Source of the DNA: a virus
Lineage: Duplodnaviria; Caudoviricetes
Reading direction: 5' to 3' (one strand)
DNA length: 64,000 nucleotides
Virus record (IMG/VR): IMGVR_UViG_3300032233_002306
Coordinates: 2,117 to 66,116 of that record
This document shows positions 48,666-58,913 of the stretch, piece after piece (the first letter of the stretch is position 1; the number at the start of each line of letters is the position of its first letter). The notes beneath the pieces are model-generated. The model did not search any database, was not told where the DNA came from, and worked only from the letters and a program-made list of their open reading frames with translations. The position numbers and the translations under genes are program-made.

Positions 48666-49953
48666 ATGAGTATGTATACAATCAATATAGCTGCCTTAGT
48701 AACGGTATTAGTGAACACAGTATTGCTGGTAGCTGTCTGGAGGGATCAGCGCCGCAGGCAGAAATAAGTACGTATATTCAATCAAATAAAATTAAACATA
48801 TGAACAACAATTACGTTATCAGTTACAAGACAGCAGACAATGAATTCGGAATGATTACCGTTACAGGTGAAGATCACATTGACGCCGAGGCCACATTCTA
48901 TATGCTGGCCGATGAGAATAACTGGGCGATCGAGGAGGTGATGAGTGTAAGTGCCGTACTGGAGTTTACAGACGATGTCCACGAGATGGAAGACGATGAT
49001 CAGTGGTTAGATAAATTCGTCCATACACATTATTAGAAACGGGTGGGGCGAAAGCCCCACCTTATATTTACCACACAATTAAAAATTAAAACATATGATT
49101 ACAATTACAACAAACCACGATTGGGCAACTTCGGTAGATGATTTAAGACAAGGCTTACTTAATACGATCGAAACCGAGTTAGAGGAATACGATCCAGAAG
49201 ATACTGGATGGTCTAAATACAATAAAGACGAATTAAATGCTATAGTAGATAGGTACCTAAATGAGGTAACGGATGAGGAAATAGACGAATTCTTCGATGT
49301 TGATTTCTATGGTGATCGAGATGAGGCTATAATGTGTTACCTAAATGAGTGGGCATTCCATCCAGACGGAGCTGGTTATTAGGATAAAACGGGGCCGGTC
49401 AAAACCGGCCTCGTATATTCAACCCATAATAAAAATTAACACGTATGAAACAATTTATCGATCGCATTGCAGCTTCATTCATTGGCCTTATAGTATTATT
49501 CATTATTGAGGGTGTAGTCTCATTAGGACAGGCATTCCGGTTCGAAGAATATAACTGGATCGGTTGTATGATACAGGGTATGTTTATATTCCTGGCCGTA
49601 TGGGGAGCTAATAAGATATATGATGCTGAAAACCCACCGTCGAATAAGCCGATTAAATTCTAATCGGCTGATCAAAATACAACACGTATATTCACGGTAT
49701 AAAATTAATGAATATGAATTACATGATTAATAATCCAGCAAGTAAGGAAGTAGCAATCGCATTCGCCAAGTGGACTATCATCACCCGTATGTGGCAGTCG
49801 GACCTGACATTTGAGGAGCAGTACGAGTGCTGGATGAAGGAACTGGATAACCAGGCACACGATGCTAGATTGGCGTATGATACGACGGATATGGATGAGT
49901 ATGATGACTTCGAGCGCCAGATCGAGTATATGTCGGGCGCGTATGAGGATTAA
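48666..49953 (+). CDS. Small early ORFs (48666-48767, 48800-49036, 49095-49382, 49445-49663, about 49708-49953)
   Basis: Promoter/hairpin units upstream of most. Confidence 0.55.
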
Positions 49954-49958
49954 AGAGT

Positions 49959-50047
49959 CCGTCGATCGCGGGTCGCTAGCGGTTGTTAGCGGCCCGATAG
50001 CGATCTGATAGCGAAGTGCTCCCATGATAGCCGCGGTCCATCGACGG
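49959..50047. other. GC-rich nested inverted-repeat element
   Basis: CCGTCGAT/ATCGACGG outer stem; 12-bp hairpin 49969-49996; GATAGC three times. Confidence 0.6.
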
Positions 50048-50356
50048 GGTGTGGTTGGCGTAAAAAAAAGCTGCGATATTCTCAACACGCATACACCTCT
50101 ACACCACCGACAATATATACGCATATACCACAATCACAAGTTCTATTTAACCCATTTCACACCACCTTGCAATATTTCAAAGATCTCTTTTAACACACCT
50201 TTTTGCGTCGATGCAGTATTTATGTATATATGCAAAAATATCTACAAGACAATCTACTATTAACTAAAGAAGCATTCGAACAATATATAATAAAACAACA
50301 ATCAGCCCAAGCAGCATCGTTTGGGTTAACATTGGAACAGTATCAACAAGCCATTA

Positions 50357-50872
50357 TTAACGGGTCTGTTGTTCAATCTTCTCCACAATCAGGCAGTTTG
50401 TAAAGTCCCTACCCAAATCCTCAATCACACGCTGTGCCGTCACACTATCGACATGAAACATCTCCCTATTATCAGCTACTCTATATTCACTCAGATGTTC
50501 ATGTACTCGTTGTTCTAATATGCGTGAGGCATAACATTTTAGTGCCCAAACAGGCACCCATGGCGTAGGAATACCAGTTGCTCTATTAATATCACGCGCA
50601 CGTTTTACTGGGGTGTCGGTAGTCATCCCTATCTTTACCATACCAGGCATTGATTTATTCACTAACACATACACGTATTCCATTGCACGTACACCACCCG
50701 ATGAGTCTATTACGGGTTCTTTTAAGTATAGTATATCTTCCCATCCTTCCTTAAATCCAGGATCGGTAGTAGGTACTAATGCAAAATGAGTTGCAGAATT
50801 AAATTCTCCCGGTTTCAGCCGTATGTAGTATTGGATATCCTCTATTGGTATGCGAGTAAAATTACTTTTCAT
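50357..50872 (-). CDS. T5orf172/GIY-YIG (MUG113-like) domain protein
   Basis: YVYVLVN.SMPGMVKIGMT...RA.DI..ATGIP...LEQRVH..L...R...REMF. Confidence 0.85.
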   Translation of the reverse strand: MKSNFTRIPIEDIQYYIRLKPGEFNSATHFALVPTTDPGFKEGWEDILYLKEPVIDSSGGVRAMEYVYVLVNKSMPGMVKIGMTTDTPVKRARDINRATGIPTPWVPVWALKCYASRILEQRVHEHLSEYRVADNREMFHVDSVTAQRVIEDLGRDFTNCLIVEKIEQQTR

Positions 50873-51013
50873 CTACAATAATATAAATTAGGTATTTTGA
50901 CAGTCAAAATAACCTTAGTATGTTTAATCGTATATACGGATTGAAATGGTGGTGGTGTTAGCCATGATGCTGCGAATATTATTATTTTAATATATTTATG
51001 GAAAATATAGGAA

Positions 51014-51921
51014 ATGATATTTAAGATAGACTCTAAAGATAAAGCTGCTTTTTTAAATCGCATGGAAAAACAGGGCGAAACTATTAGTAGTGAACAAATT
51101 AAAGATATTAAACTTGAAGATTATTTTGAAGTAGAAATTACTAATCCTGAGCAATTAGAAACTGCGAAAGCAATTTTAAAACAATCTCCAAAAATAAACA
51201 CATTAAAAGAAAAACTTACTAAAAGTACACTTAAAGAAATGGTACGTCGGGAATTATATAAAATTTATAATTAATAAATAATATTAATAATAAAGAGGGT
51301 GTCTTGAAAAAGACGCCCTTTCTCTTTGGAGGTATAAAATTTCTTTCGTAACTTCGCCCTACGAGGGTTAGGGAAATAAGGGAATGAGAGATGATAGCAG
51401 GGGTTGGGGGAACGGAGGAGGTCATATATTTATATATAAACATATATTATGAAGTATAAAAACAACGTTGCAGAAAAATTGGGACAATTAGATGCAACAG
51501 CAAACAGAATTAAGTTTCAAGTAAATCGAGGAGCAGATCAAGATTTAACATTAGAATCTATTGATGATTTAAAAGAACAAATTGAAAAACTTCAAGAAAT
51601 GATTTCTTTGGAGCAAGACGATTTTGCACAACAATTTAGGGGGTAATTATGGTATGGTTTTGGATAATAATAATTCATTTAGTTGAAATAATAGGAATAG
51701 GAATTTTTCTTCTTCTTAGACGCAATAATGCACTTGAAAAAGCAGTTACTGAGCAGCAACAATATATTGATGCTATTAGTATAGTAATTGCAGATGGTGA
51801 TAGGCGTTTAAGGGAATTAGATACTATGGGTGCTTTTGAAGCTGATGATGAAGTAGGTACTTTCTTTCAAAATCTAAGAGAAATACAAACTACTATTAGT
51901 CAGTTTAATAATAGAAAGTAA
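51014..51921 (+). CDS. Three hypothetical ORFs (51014-51274, 51449-51646, 51649-51921 with TM segment)
   Basis: ORF track; ATATTTAT upstream of the first two. Confidence 0.55.
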
Positions 51922-51972
51922 TTTGGTTATGTAAATTATTTCCCGTATATTGATATTAAAATAGGGAATTAC

Positions 51973-52746
51973 ATGTCATATTATGAAAATTATGGAGCTG
52001 ATATATTTGCTGATGAAAAGGTATCGCTGACTAAGCGCGGTTTACCACGTAAGCGAAAACCAAAGGAACCTCGCATTTATTTTACCCAAGATACTGAAGA
52101 TGCTATTGTAGAATATCTTATAACAGTAGATACTACTGAGCGTAATCGCATTTATAACGATCGTATTGAATATGGTTTTTATAAATTAGCAGAGAATATA
52201 ATCCATACATTTAAGTTTTACTATACTGATACTGATACAATTGAAGAACTCAAGCATGAGGTTATTACCTTCTTGCTTGAGAAACTTCATTTATATAAAC
52301 CAGAAAAAGGTAAAGCATTTTCTTATTTCGGTACTATAGCTAAACGCTATCTTATCGTCTATAATGAAAATAACTATAAGAAACTCCAGGAACGAGCTGA
52401 TGTAGATGAATCTGATGAGGATCAGATGCAATTATATGAAAATGATAGGAATCTAGAGAAGTTATTTAATGAAAATAATTTCATGGATCAATATATTAAA
52501 TATATAGACACACATATATACCGATTATTTCCTAAAAAACAAGACGCTCAGACAGCTGATGCTATTGTTGAATTATTTCGCAAACGTGAAACATTAGAAA
52601 TATTTAATAAGAAAGCATTATATATCTACATTCGTGAAATAACAGACGTATCAACACCTCAAATTACTAAAATAATTAAAAAACTTAAAGTAATATACGT
52701 TCAATTATATAATGATTATTACCAACACGGGTATATAAAGATTTAA
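51973..52746 (+). CDS. Phage sigma factor (gp55-like)
   Basis: EELKHEVITFLLEKLHLYKPEKGKAFSYFGTIAKRYLI (region 2-like). Confidence 0.75.
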   Translation: MSYYENYGADIFADEKVSLTKRGLPRKRKPKEPRIYFTQDTEDAIVEYLITVDTTERNRIYNDRIEYGFYKLAENIIHTFKFYYTDTDTIEELKHEVITFLLEKLHLYKPEKGKAFSYFGTIAKRYLIVYNENNYKKLQERADVDESDEDQMQLYENDRNLEKLFNENNFMDQYIKYIDTHIYRLFPKKQDAQTADAIVELFRKRETLEIFNKKALYIYIREITDVSTPQITKIIKKLKVIYVQLYNDYYQHGYIKI

Positions 52747-52775
52747 TTACTTATATTTATACGTAAACATAATTT

Positions 52776-53168
52776 ATGGCTAATTTTGATGATGTTACTA
52801 TATTTGGTAATACATCACTATCAGACTTGTTCAAGCAGATACATAGGAATAATAAAGATGTTGATAAACAAATCAATGAATTCATTGATACTCTTAAACC
52901 TATTGCCACTTCTAATGCAGGTTCCGCAGTGATGTTAATGCCTACTGTTAAAGATTTAATTGATGTTAACGTAAAAAATAACGAACAGTTAATTAAAATG
53001 GCAGGTATAGCGCAGCGTGCTGCAACTGTTAATGCTAATACGGGGCAAGAATTAATTGATATGGATGAAATTAATGCTTTACTTGAAGAACAAAAAGCAG
53101 TGCAAGAGCAAGGTCAGAAATTATTAGACCAAGCCCCAGTAGTACAACAATTAGAAGCAATAAAATGA
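52776..53168 (+). CDS. Helical hypothetical protein
   Basis: ORF after ATATTTAT motif. Confidence 0.55.
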   Translation: MANFDDVTIFGNTSLSDLFKQIHRNNKDVDKQINEFIDTLKPIATSNAGSAVMLMPTVKDLIDVNVKNNEQLIKMAGIAQRAATVNANTGQELIDMDEINALLEEQKAVQEQGQKLLDQAPVVQQLEAIK

Positions 53169-54355
53169 GTTCATTTGTAATATCAAATAATTTAACTTCT
53201 GTAGTAAATTCTATAGGAAGAAATAATTTTGTTCCTAATCAAAAAACACAAATAGGAATGGTATTTGGTGTTGTCACTACTGAAAATACTCCTACAAAAG
53301 AAATGTTTAAAAAAGCAGGTGGGTTCAATGGTATAGGTAGTGTTTTTTATAAAAACATTGAAGAGGTAGAAACTAAAAATATTACAAAACCTATCGATAA
53401 TGATTTTTTAGATAAAGAATGTAATATAGCTATTCCAAAAACATCTTATCGTTCTTATTTTCCCCTCCTTAAAGAATTAATATATTTAGAAGATTTACCT
53501 TCTAATAACAAAAATATAAGTAGTACTTCAATAAAAAAATACTATTCAGGACCTATTAATATATGGAATAACCCCCAAATTAATTCTAATTTTAATAATG
53601 CTACTAATATTCCTGGTATAACATTTGTTCAAAATCCAAACATTAGACCCTTACTTCCTTTTGAAGGTGATTATATTATACAGGGAAGACAAGGTGCTGC
53701 TTTAAGATTTAGCTCAACAACTAAATTATATAGTAATTTAAATGAATGGAGTTCTATAGGAAATGAAGACAGTCCTATTACTATTTTATCTAATGGAATG
53801 TCATTTGATCCTAAAAAACAATATTATGTTGAACAAATAAATAAAGATAATTCTTCAATTTATTTAACCTCAACTCAAAAAATTCCTTTACAAACAGATA
53901 AAATAGGTACATTAAATAATTTAACTAATCCTTTAAATGTACCTGATTATTTTAATGCTCAAGCTATTATTAATAGTGATAGGGTAGTTATAAATTCTAA
54001 AAGGGATGAAGTAATGATATTTGCTAAAACAAATATTGAATTAAATACTAAAAATATTATTAATTTAAATGCAGATGAGCGCGTACATTTAAATTCTAAT
54101 ATTGTATTTTTAGGACCATATAATAACAATGCTATACCTCAACCAGTGCTATTAGGATATGAAACTATAAAATTATTTGAACATTTACAAGAAACATTAA
54201 CTAGATTAGCTTCATATCTATCTAGTGCCGTTAGCGCTCCTGAAGGAGCTCCTATATTAGGGTTAACTTCTGCTGGTCGAGATTTAATGGGTGATATGAA
54301 AAGAGTGTGTGATTTATTAGAAAAAATTCCTTCACAAAAAGTATTTACATCATAA
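53165..54355 (+). CDS. Baseplate hub/spike protein (gp5-like)
   Basis: EGD.IIQGRQG..LRF; INSDRVVINSK beta-repeats; PVLLG. Confidence 0.65.
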   Translation: MSSFVISNNLTSVVNSIGRNNFVPNQKTQIGMVFGVVTTENTPTKEMFKKAGGFNGIGSVFYKNIEEVETKNITKPIDNDFLDKECNIAIPKTSYRSYFPLLKELIYLEDLPSNNKNISSTSIKKYYSGPINIWNNPQINSNFNNATNIPGITFVQNPNIRPLLPFEGDYIIQGRQGAALRFSSTTKLYSNLNEWSSIGNEDSPITILSNGMSFDPKKQYYVEQINKDNSSIYLTSTQKIPLQTDKIGTLNNLTNPLNVPDYFNAQAIINSDRVVINSKRDEVMIFAKTNIELNTKNIINLNADERVHLNSNIVFLGPYNNNAIPQPVLLGYETIKLFEHLQETLTRLASYLSSAVSAPEGAPILGLTSAGRDLMGDMKRVCDLLEKIPSQKVFTS

Positions 54356-55599
54356 TGTCTAATACAACTAATATAGCACCTGTAGTATCTCCTGATATTT
54401 TAAAAACAATATCGGCATCTACTGCTATAAAGACTTTTGGCAATCAACTTAAAGATAAAGCAAAAGAACAAGTTATATCTGTTTTTAAAAATAAAGTAGG
54501 AGATTTAACAGGCCAGATAGAAAATATAATAAAAGAAGAAATTGAAGCAGGTTTAAATCATAATATTGAGTTAAAACGACTTAAGATATTATATGATAAT
54601 AAGCAAACAACAGAAGAAGATTATAATAAAGCAGTTATAGCTGAAAATAAAGCATATGATATTTTAATAGCAAGTTATAAACTACAAATCCAAAAACTTC
54701 AGGAAGATATACAAAATATACTTAATAATCCGCTTGATAAGATAAAAAATCAACAAAAGTCTTTTAAAGCAAGTATTAAAAATTTAAAGAAAAAAACTCA
54801 AGAATTTGAAACTAAATCAAAACAGGATTTAACTAAACAAGTTATTTCTAATGTAGTAAAAACATTAGTTCCTGTTATTGCTTTACAATTAGCAAATAGT
54901 TTTTCAACATTAATTACGCAAAGAAAAAAATTAGAAGAACTAGTTGATCAAGTAAATAATTATATAGATACTAAAGTTACAGATCAAATAACAGTAACTA
55001 TAGCAACTAATTTAAGAAATAATGCTGTTACTTTAATTAATAATAATATTAAAAAATTAGAAAATTTAAAGAAAAATATTGAACGTGTAAGTAAAACGAT
55101 AGCTACAATTGTTGTAATAGTAACTATAATTGAACGCATACTTAGTCTACCACTCCCTATTTTAATCCCTATAAAAATTCAATACCAACCTACTCTACAA
55201 AAACTACTAAGACTAATATCAGGATTAAGTGCATTATTAGTTATAGCTACTACTTTATTATCAAATGAAATAATAAGGTTAAATGAATTAAGAGATCGTT
55301 TAAAAGAGGTTAGTCTAAAATTAGACGGAAAAACATTGAATTTTGCAGATTTAACTACTTTAACTAATGAATTCCTACCCGCAGGGGGAAATTATGGATC
55401 TTATAAAGGATTTAAATTTGCTATTAAAGAAGAACAAAATCAAGCATTTGTTGTTAAAGGTAATAAACGTCGTTATGCTGTAGCTATTGATCGTTATGGT
55501 GTTGAAATTATTAAAAGTGAATATTCATTTACATTAGATCCTAACGACCTAATAGAACAATTAAAATTAATTATTGATCAACGAAATTTACAAGGATAA
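54355..55599 (+). CDS. Long coiled-coil/hydrophobic virion-associated protein
   Basis: Baseplate gene context. Confidence 0.5.
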   Translation: MSNTTNIAPVVSPDILKTISASTAIKTFGNQLKDKAKEQVISVFKNKVGDLTGQIENIIKEEIEAGLNHNIELKRLKILYDNKQTTEEDYNKAVIAENKAYDILIASYKLQIQKLQEDIQNILNNPLDKIKNQQKSFKASIKNLKKKTQEFETKSKQDLTKQVISNVVKTLVPVIALQLANSFSTLITQRKKLEELVDQVNNYIDTKVTDQITVTIATNLRNNAVTLINNNIKKLENLKKNIERVSKTIATIVVIVTIIERILSLPLPILIPIKIQYQPTLQKLLRLISGLSALLVIATTLLSNEIIRLNELRDRLKEVSLKLDGKTLNFADLTTLTNEFLPAGGNYGSYKGFKFAIKEEQNQAFVVKGNKRRYAVAIDRYGVEIIKSEYSFTLDPNDLIEQLKLIIDQRNLQG

Positions 55600-55612
55600 A
55601 ATATTTATAATT

Positions 55613-55990
55613 ATGAATACTAAGGCATTTAAAAGATTAATTAAAGAAGCAGTAATTGATGCTATTCATGAAGAATTACCATTCATTCTTGAAGAGCACA
55701 TGGCTAAACAAGAAAAAAAAGCACTACGCGAAAACAGAGCAATGAATTTTACTAGCAATGATGTAATATCTGGCAATTCAGATGTTAGAGCATCTTTGCG
55801 TTCTAAAATGGGCGAACAATTTGGATTTAATCAACCACAACAATATCAATCGAGTATACCTCTAGAAGTCATACACGATAAAATTGATGAAACTACAGGT
55901 GAACCTGTAAATCCATATTTAGCTTTTCTAGCCGACTCAGCTGCTAATATGACTCCTCAAGAAAGAGCAGGACTTAAAAATTTAGGATAA
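55613..55990 (+). CDS. Hypothetical virion-associated protein
   Basis: MNTKAFKRLIKEAV; ATATTTAT at 55601. Confidence 0.55.
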   Translation: MNTKAFKRLIKEAVIDAIHEELPFILEEHMAKQEKKALRENRAMNFTSNDVISGNSDVRASLRSKMGEQFGFNQPQQYQSSIPLEVIHDKIDETTGEPVNPYLAFLADSAANMTPQERAGLKNLG

Positions 55991-55991
55991 A

Positions 55992-56402
55992 ATGCCAATA
56001 CCCCAAACAATACGAGTAAATCCGTTAGATTTACAAAAGAATATTGCTATTGGGGTATCTTTACCTTTTAATGGTCCCGGAGTATTTAATAGTACTTATA
56101 CTACTAAAGATCAAATAAAATCTAATTTAGTTAATCTATTATTAACTAGTACTGGTGAAAGGATAATGAATCCCAATTTTGGTACCTATCTAAAAAGATT
56201 CCTATTTGAAGGAATTACAGATAGTAACTTAGAATCTTTAAAAGATAATTTATTAAATAGTATATCAATATACATACCTGATATTACTGTAATTAATATT
56301 ATTGTCACTCCTAATACTGATTATAATTCTATAGATTTAAATATAGATTATGTAGTCAATATTTCACAATCTCCTGATCAAGTAACAGTACAATTTACAT
56401 AA
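55992..56402 (+). CDS. Baseplate wedge protein, gp25-like
   Basis: IKSNLVNLLLTSTGERIMNPNFG. Confidence 0.88.
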   Translation: MPIPQTIRVNPLDLQKNIAIGVSLPFNGPGVFNSTYTTKDQIKSNLVNLLLTSTGERIMNPNFGTYLKRFLFEGITDSNLESLKDNLLNSISIYIPDITVINIIVTPNTDYNSIDLNIDYVVNISQSPDQVTVQFT

Positions 56403-56404
56403 TA

Positions 56405-58252
56405 ATGACTAACGAAGATAAAAATATATCATATTTAAATAAAGATTTTGGCGCCTTTAAAGCAGCATTACAACAATATGCTAAAACATATTTTCCATCA
56501 ACATATAATGACTTCTCCGAAGCTACCCCAGGTAATATGTTTATTGAAATGGCATCATATGTTGGCGATGTTATGTCATTTTATTTAGATACTCAAACAC
56601 AAGAGAATTTTCTTCTATATGCTAAAGAAAAAGAAAATTTATATGCTTTATCTTATGTAATGGGGTATCGCCCCAAAGCATCATATGCTTCTTCTACTGC
56701 TGTAGATGTATACCAATTAATGCCTGCTACTTCTTCAGACGGAGGTGTAACCTTTTCTCCAAACTATAATACCTACGGACTGATAATACCAGCTAATACT
56801 ACTATTACTTCAATTTCTACAGGTACTAAATTTTTAACTACTCAACAAATAGATTTTACAGATACGGGTAGTACTGAAATTAGTTTTGTAGATAGCAATT
56901 ATTTTCTATTTAAAAAATCTACTGAAGCTATATCAGCTGAGCTAAAAGAAACAACTATATCATTCCCGGGAAATCAAAAATTTGCTACTACAACCATTAC
57001 TGATACTAATGTATTACAAATATTAAGAGTTACAGGCAGTGATAGTAATACATGGTATGAAGTTCCATATTTAGCTCAAGCATCAATATTCCAAAAAGTA
57101 GCTAATCCTTCTTACTCTACAGATCAGGTTCCATATCTATTACAACTACAAAAAGTACCTAGAAGATTTACCTCAAGAATACTATCAGATAATACTTTAC
57201 AGTTAGAATTTGGGGCTGGTTTATCTTCAAACAAAACAGATAGCCAAATACTCCCAACTCCTGACAACATTCAGTTAGGTTTAGTACCTGGTATTTCATT
57301 ATTAACAAATAATTATAATGAAGCTTCTGTATTCTTTACTCAAGAATATGGATTAGCCCCTTCTGGAGATTTAAATGTAAAATATCTAGTTGGTGGTGGT
57401 ATTACATCAAATGTGCCCGCTAATGATTTGACTAATATAGACACATCCGGACTTTATTTTAAAAATGGTAATCCTGGAGGTGGAATAGCTACTACTGTAT
57501 TATCAAGTGTAGTATCTACTAATCCTAATCCTTCATCTGGAGGTAGAAATGGAGATACCACTGATGAAATAAGACAAAATGCTTTATATTCATATTCAAC
57601 TCAATTAAGGGCTGTAACAAAAGATGATTATATTATTAGAGCATTATCAATGCCTTCTAATTATGGAACATTAGCTAAAGCTTATATTTCACAAGATTTC
57701 ACTCGAGAAGATTTTCAACAAACAGTAGCCAATACCCAACCAGGTAATCCTCTTACTTTAGATTTATATATTTTATCTTACAATAGTAATAAGCAATTAA
57801 CTACTGCTTCTACTACATTAAAGCAGAATCTAGTAACATATCTCAATGAATATAGAATGGTTACTGATGCCATTAATATTAGAGATGCTTTTTATATTAA
57901 TATTGGTATTAATTTTGATATAGTAATATTAAGTGGATACTCAAATAAAGATGTACTAACTAATTGTATTTCAATTATACAAGACCACTTCAATATAGAC
58001 AAATGGCAAATCAACCAACCAATCATACTCTCAGACATTACCTCTAAACTTTTACAAGTTAAAGGAGTACAATCAGTAGTTAAACTAGAAATTACAAATA
58101 AACAAGACGCTACTAACACTATCTATTCACAATACGGATATGATATAGCAGGAGCCACTAGACAAGGAAATATATACCCTTCCCTAGACCCAGCAATATT
58201 TGAAGTTAGATATCCAAACACAGATATACAAGGTAGAGTTATTGTACAATAA
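56405..58252 (+). CDS. Baseplate wedge subunit, gp6/J-like
   Basis: YLNKDF, FIEMASYVGDV.SFYLD, RAVTKDDY. Confidence 0.9.
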   Translation: MTNEDKNISYLNKDFGAFKAALQQYAKTYFPSTYNDFSEATPGNMFIEMASYVGDVMSFYLDTQTQENFLLYAKEKENLYALSYVMGYRPKASYASSTAVDVYQLMPATSSDGGVTFSPNYNTYGLIIPANTTITSISTGTKFLTTQQIDFTDTGSTEISFVDSNYFLFKKSTEAISAELKETTISFPGNQKFATTTITDTNVLQILRVTGSDSNTWYEVPYLAQASIFQKVANPSYSTDQVPYLLQLQKVPRRFTSRILSDNTLQLEFGAGLSSNKTDSQILPTPDNIQLGLVPGISLLTNNYNEASVFFTQEYGLAPSGDLNVKYLVGGGITSNVPANDLTNIDTSGLYFKNGNPGGGIATTVLSSVVSTNPNPSSGGRNGDTTDEIRQNALYSYSTQLRAVTKDDYIIRALSMPSNYGTLAKAYISQDFTREDFQQTVANTQPGNPLTLDLYILSYNSNKQLTTASTTLKQNLVTYLNEYRMVTDAINIRDAFYINIGINFDIVILSGYSNKDVLTNCISIIQDHFNIDKWQINQPIILSDITSKLLQVKGVQSVVKLEITNKQDATNTIYSQYGYDIAGATRQGNIYPSLDPAIFEVRYPNTDIQGRVIVQ

Positions 58253-58269
58253 TATTAAATAATAAAAGT

Positions 58270-58869
58270 ATGAACCTAGACAAATTAAAAGGACACATTC
58301 CCGACAATGTAATTGCTCAAATTCCTGGAGTAATGGAAAAATTTCAAATTAATACTCCATTACGCTTAGCTCATTTCTTAGCTCAATGCGGTCATGAATC
58401 TGGTGGTTTTAGATTAACTAAAGAAAATCTAAATTATAGTGCTAAAGGCTTAATGGGTATATTTAAAAAATATTTTCCAACTCAAGCATTAGCTGATGCA
58501 TATGCTCGCAAACCAGAAAAAATTGCAAATAAAGTATATGGTGGTAGAATGGGTAATGGACCTGAAGCAAGTGGTGAAGGTGCAAAGTTCTGTGGCCGCG
58601 GATACATTCAATTAACTGGTAAAGATAATTATACTGCATTTGGTAAAGCTATTAATGAAAATATAATTGCTAATCCACAAGTAGTAGCTGAAAAATATGC
58701 TTTATTATCAGCAGCGTGGTTTTTTAATAAAAATGGCTTACATAAATTAGCAGACGGTGGTTCAACCGATGCCGTTGTAACGCAAATTACAAAACGCGTT
58801 AACGGTGGTACTATTGGTTTACCGGATCGTATTAAGCACTTTAAAGAATATTATGCATTATTAGCATAA
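58270..58869 (+). CDS. GH19 endolysin
   Basis: LAHFLAQCGHESGGF, GRGYIQLTGKDNY, VNGG.IGL.DR. Confidence 0.92.
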   Translation: MNLDKLKGHIPDNVIAQIPGVMEKFQINTPLRLAHFLAQCGHESGGFRLTKENLNYSAKGLMGIFKKYFPTQALADAYARKPEKIANKVYGGRMGNGPEASGEGAKFCGRGYIQLTGKDNYTAFGKAINENIIANPQVVAEKYALLSAAWFFNKNGLHKLADGGSTDAVVTQITKRVNGGTIGLPDRIKHFKEYYALLA

Positions 58870-58913
58870 AACAGACTTGTAATTGCTATATTTATATGTA
58901 GTAATTACTAATT

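Larger units (their letters stand above)
35780..49700 (+). promoter_or_regulatory. About 30 early-type promoters G(G/T)C-N13-TAnnTT(C/T)A, many embedded in GC hairpins
   Basis: Fixed 13-nt spacing in most copies checked (e.g. -7 boxes at 35803, 44315, 44945, 45286, 46985, 47238, 49063, 49414); resembles the Bacteroidota TAnnTTTG element. Confidence 0.8.

Noticed and set aside
35780-49700. Hairpin repeats as a CRISPR array
   Set aside because: Repeats are divergent and separated by whole genes; no cas operon (the PD-(D/E)XK gene at 3398 sits among replication genes).
49998-50020. Hammerhead ribozyme core (CTGATAG...CGAA)
   Set aside because: Does not fit CUGANGA...GAAA with the required stems.
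49705-50263. ORFs 49705-50133 (-) and 50024-50263 (+)
   Set aside because: They span the structured and skewed non-coding element; no supporting signals.
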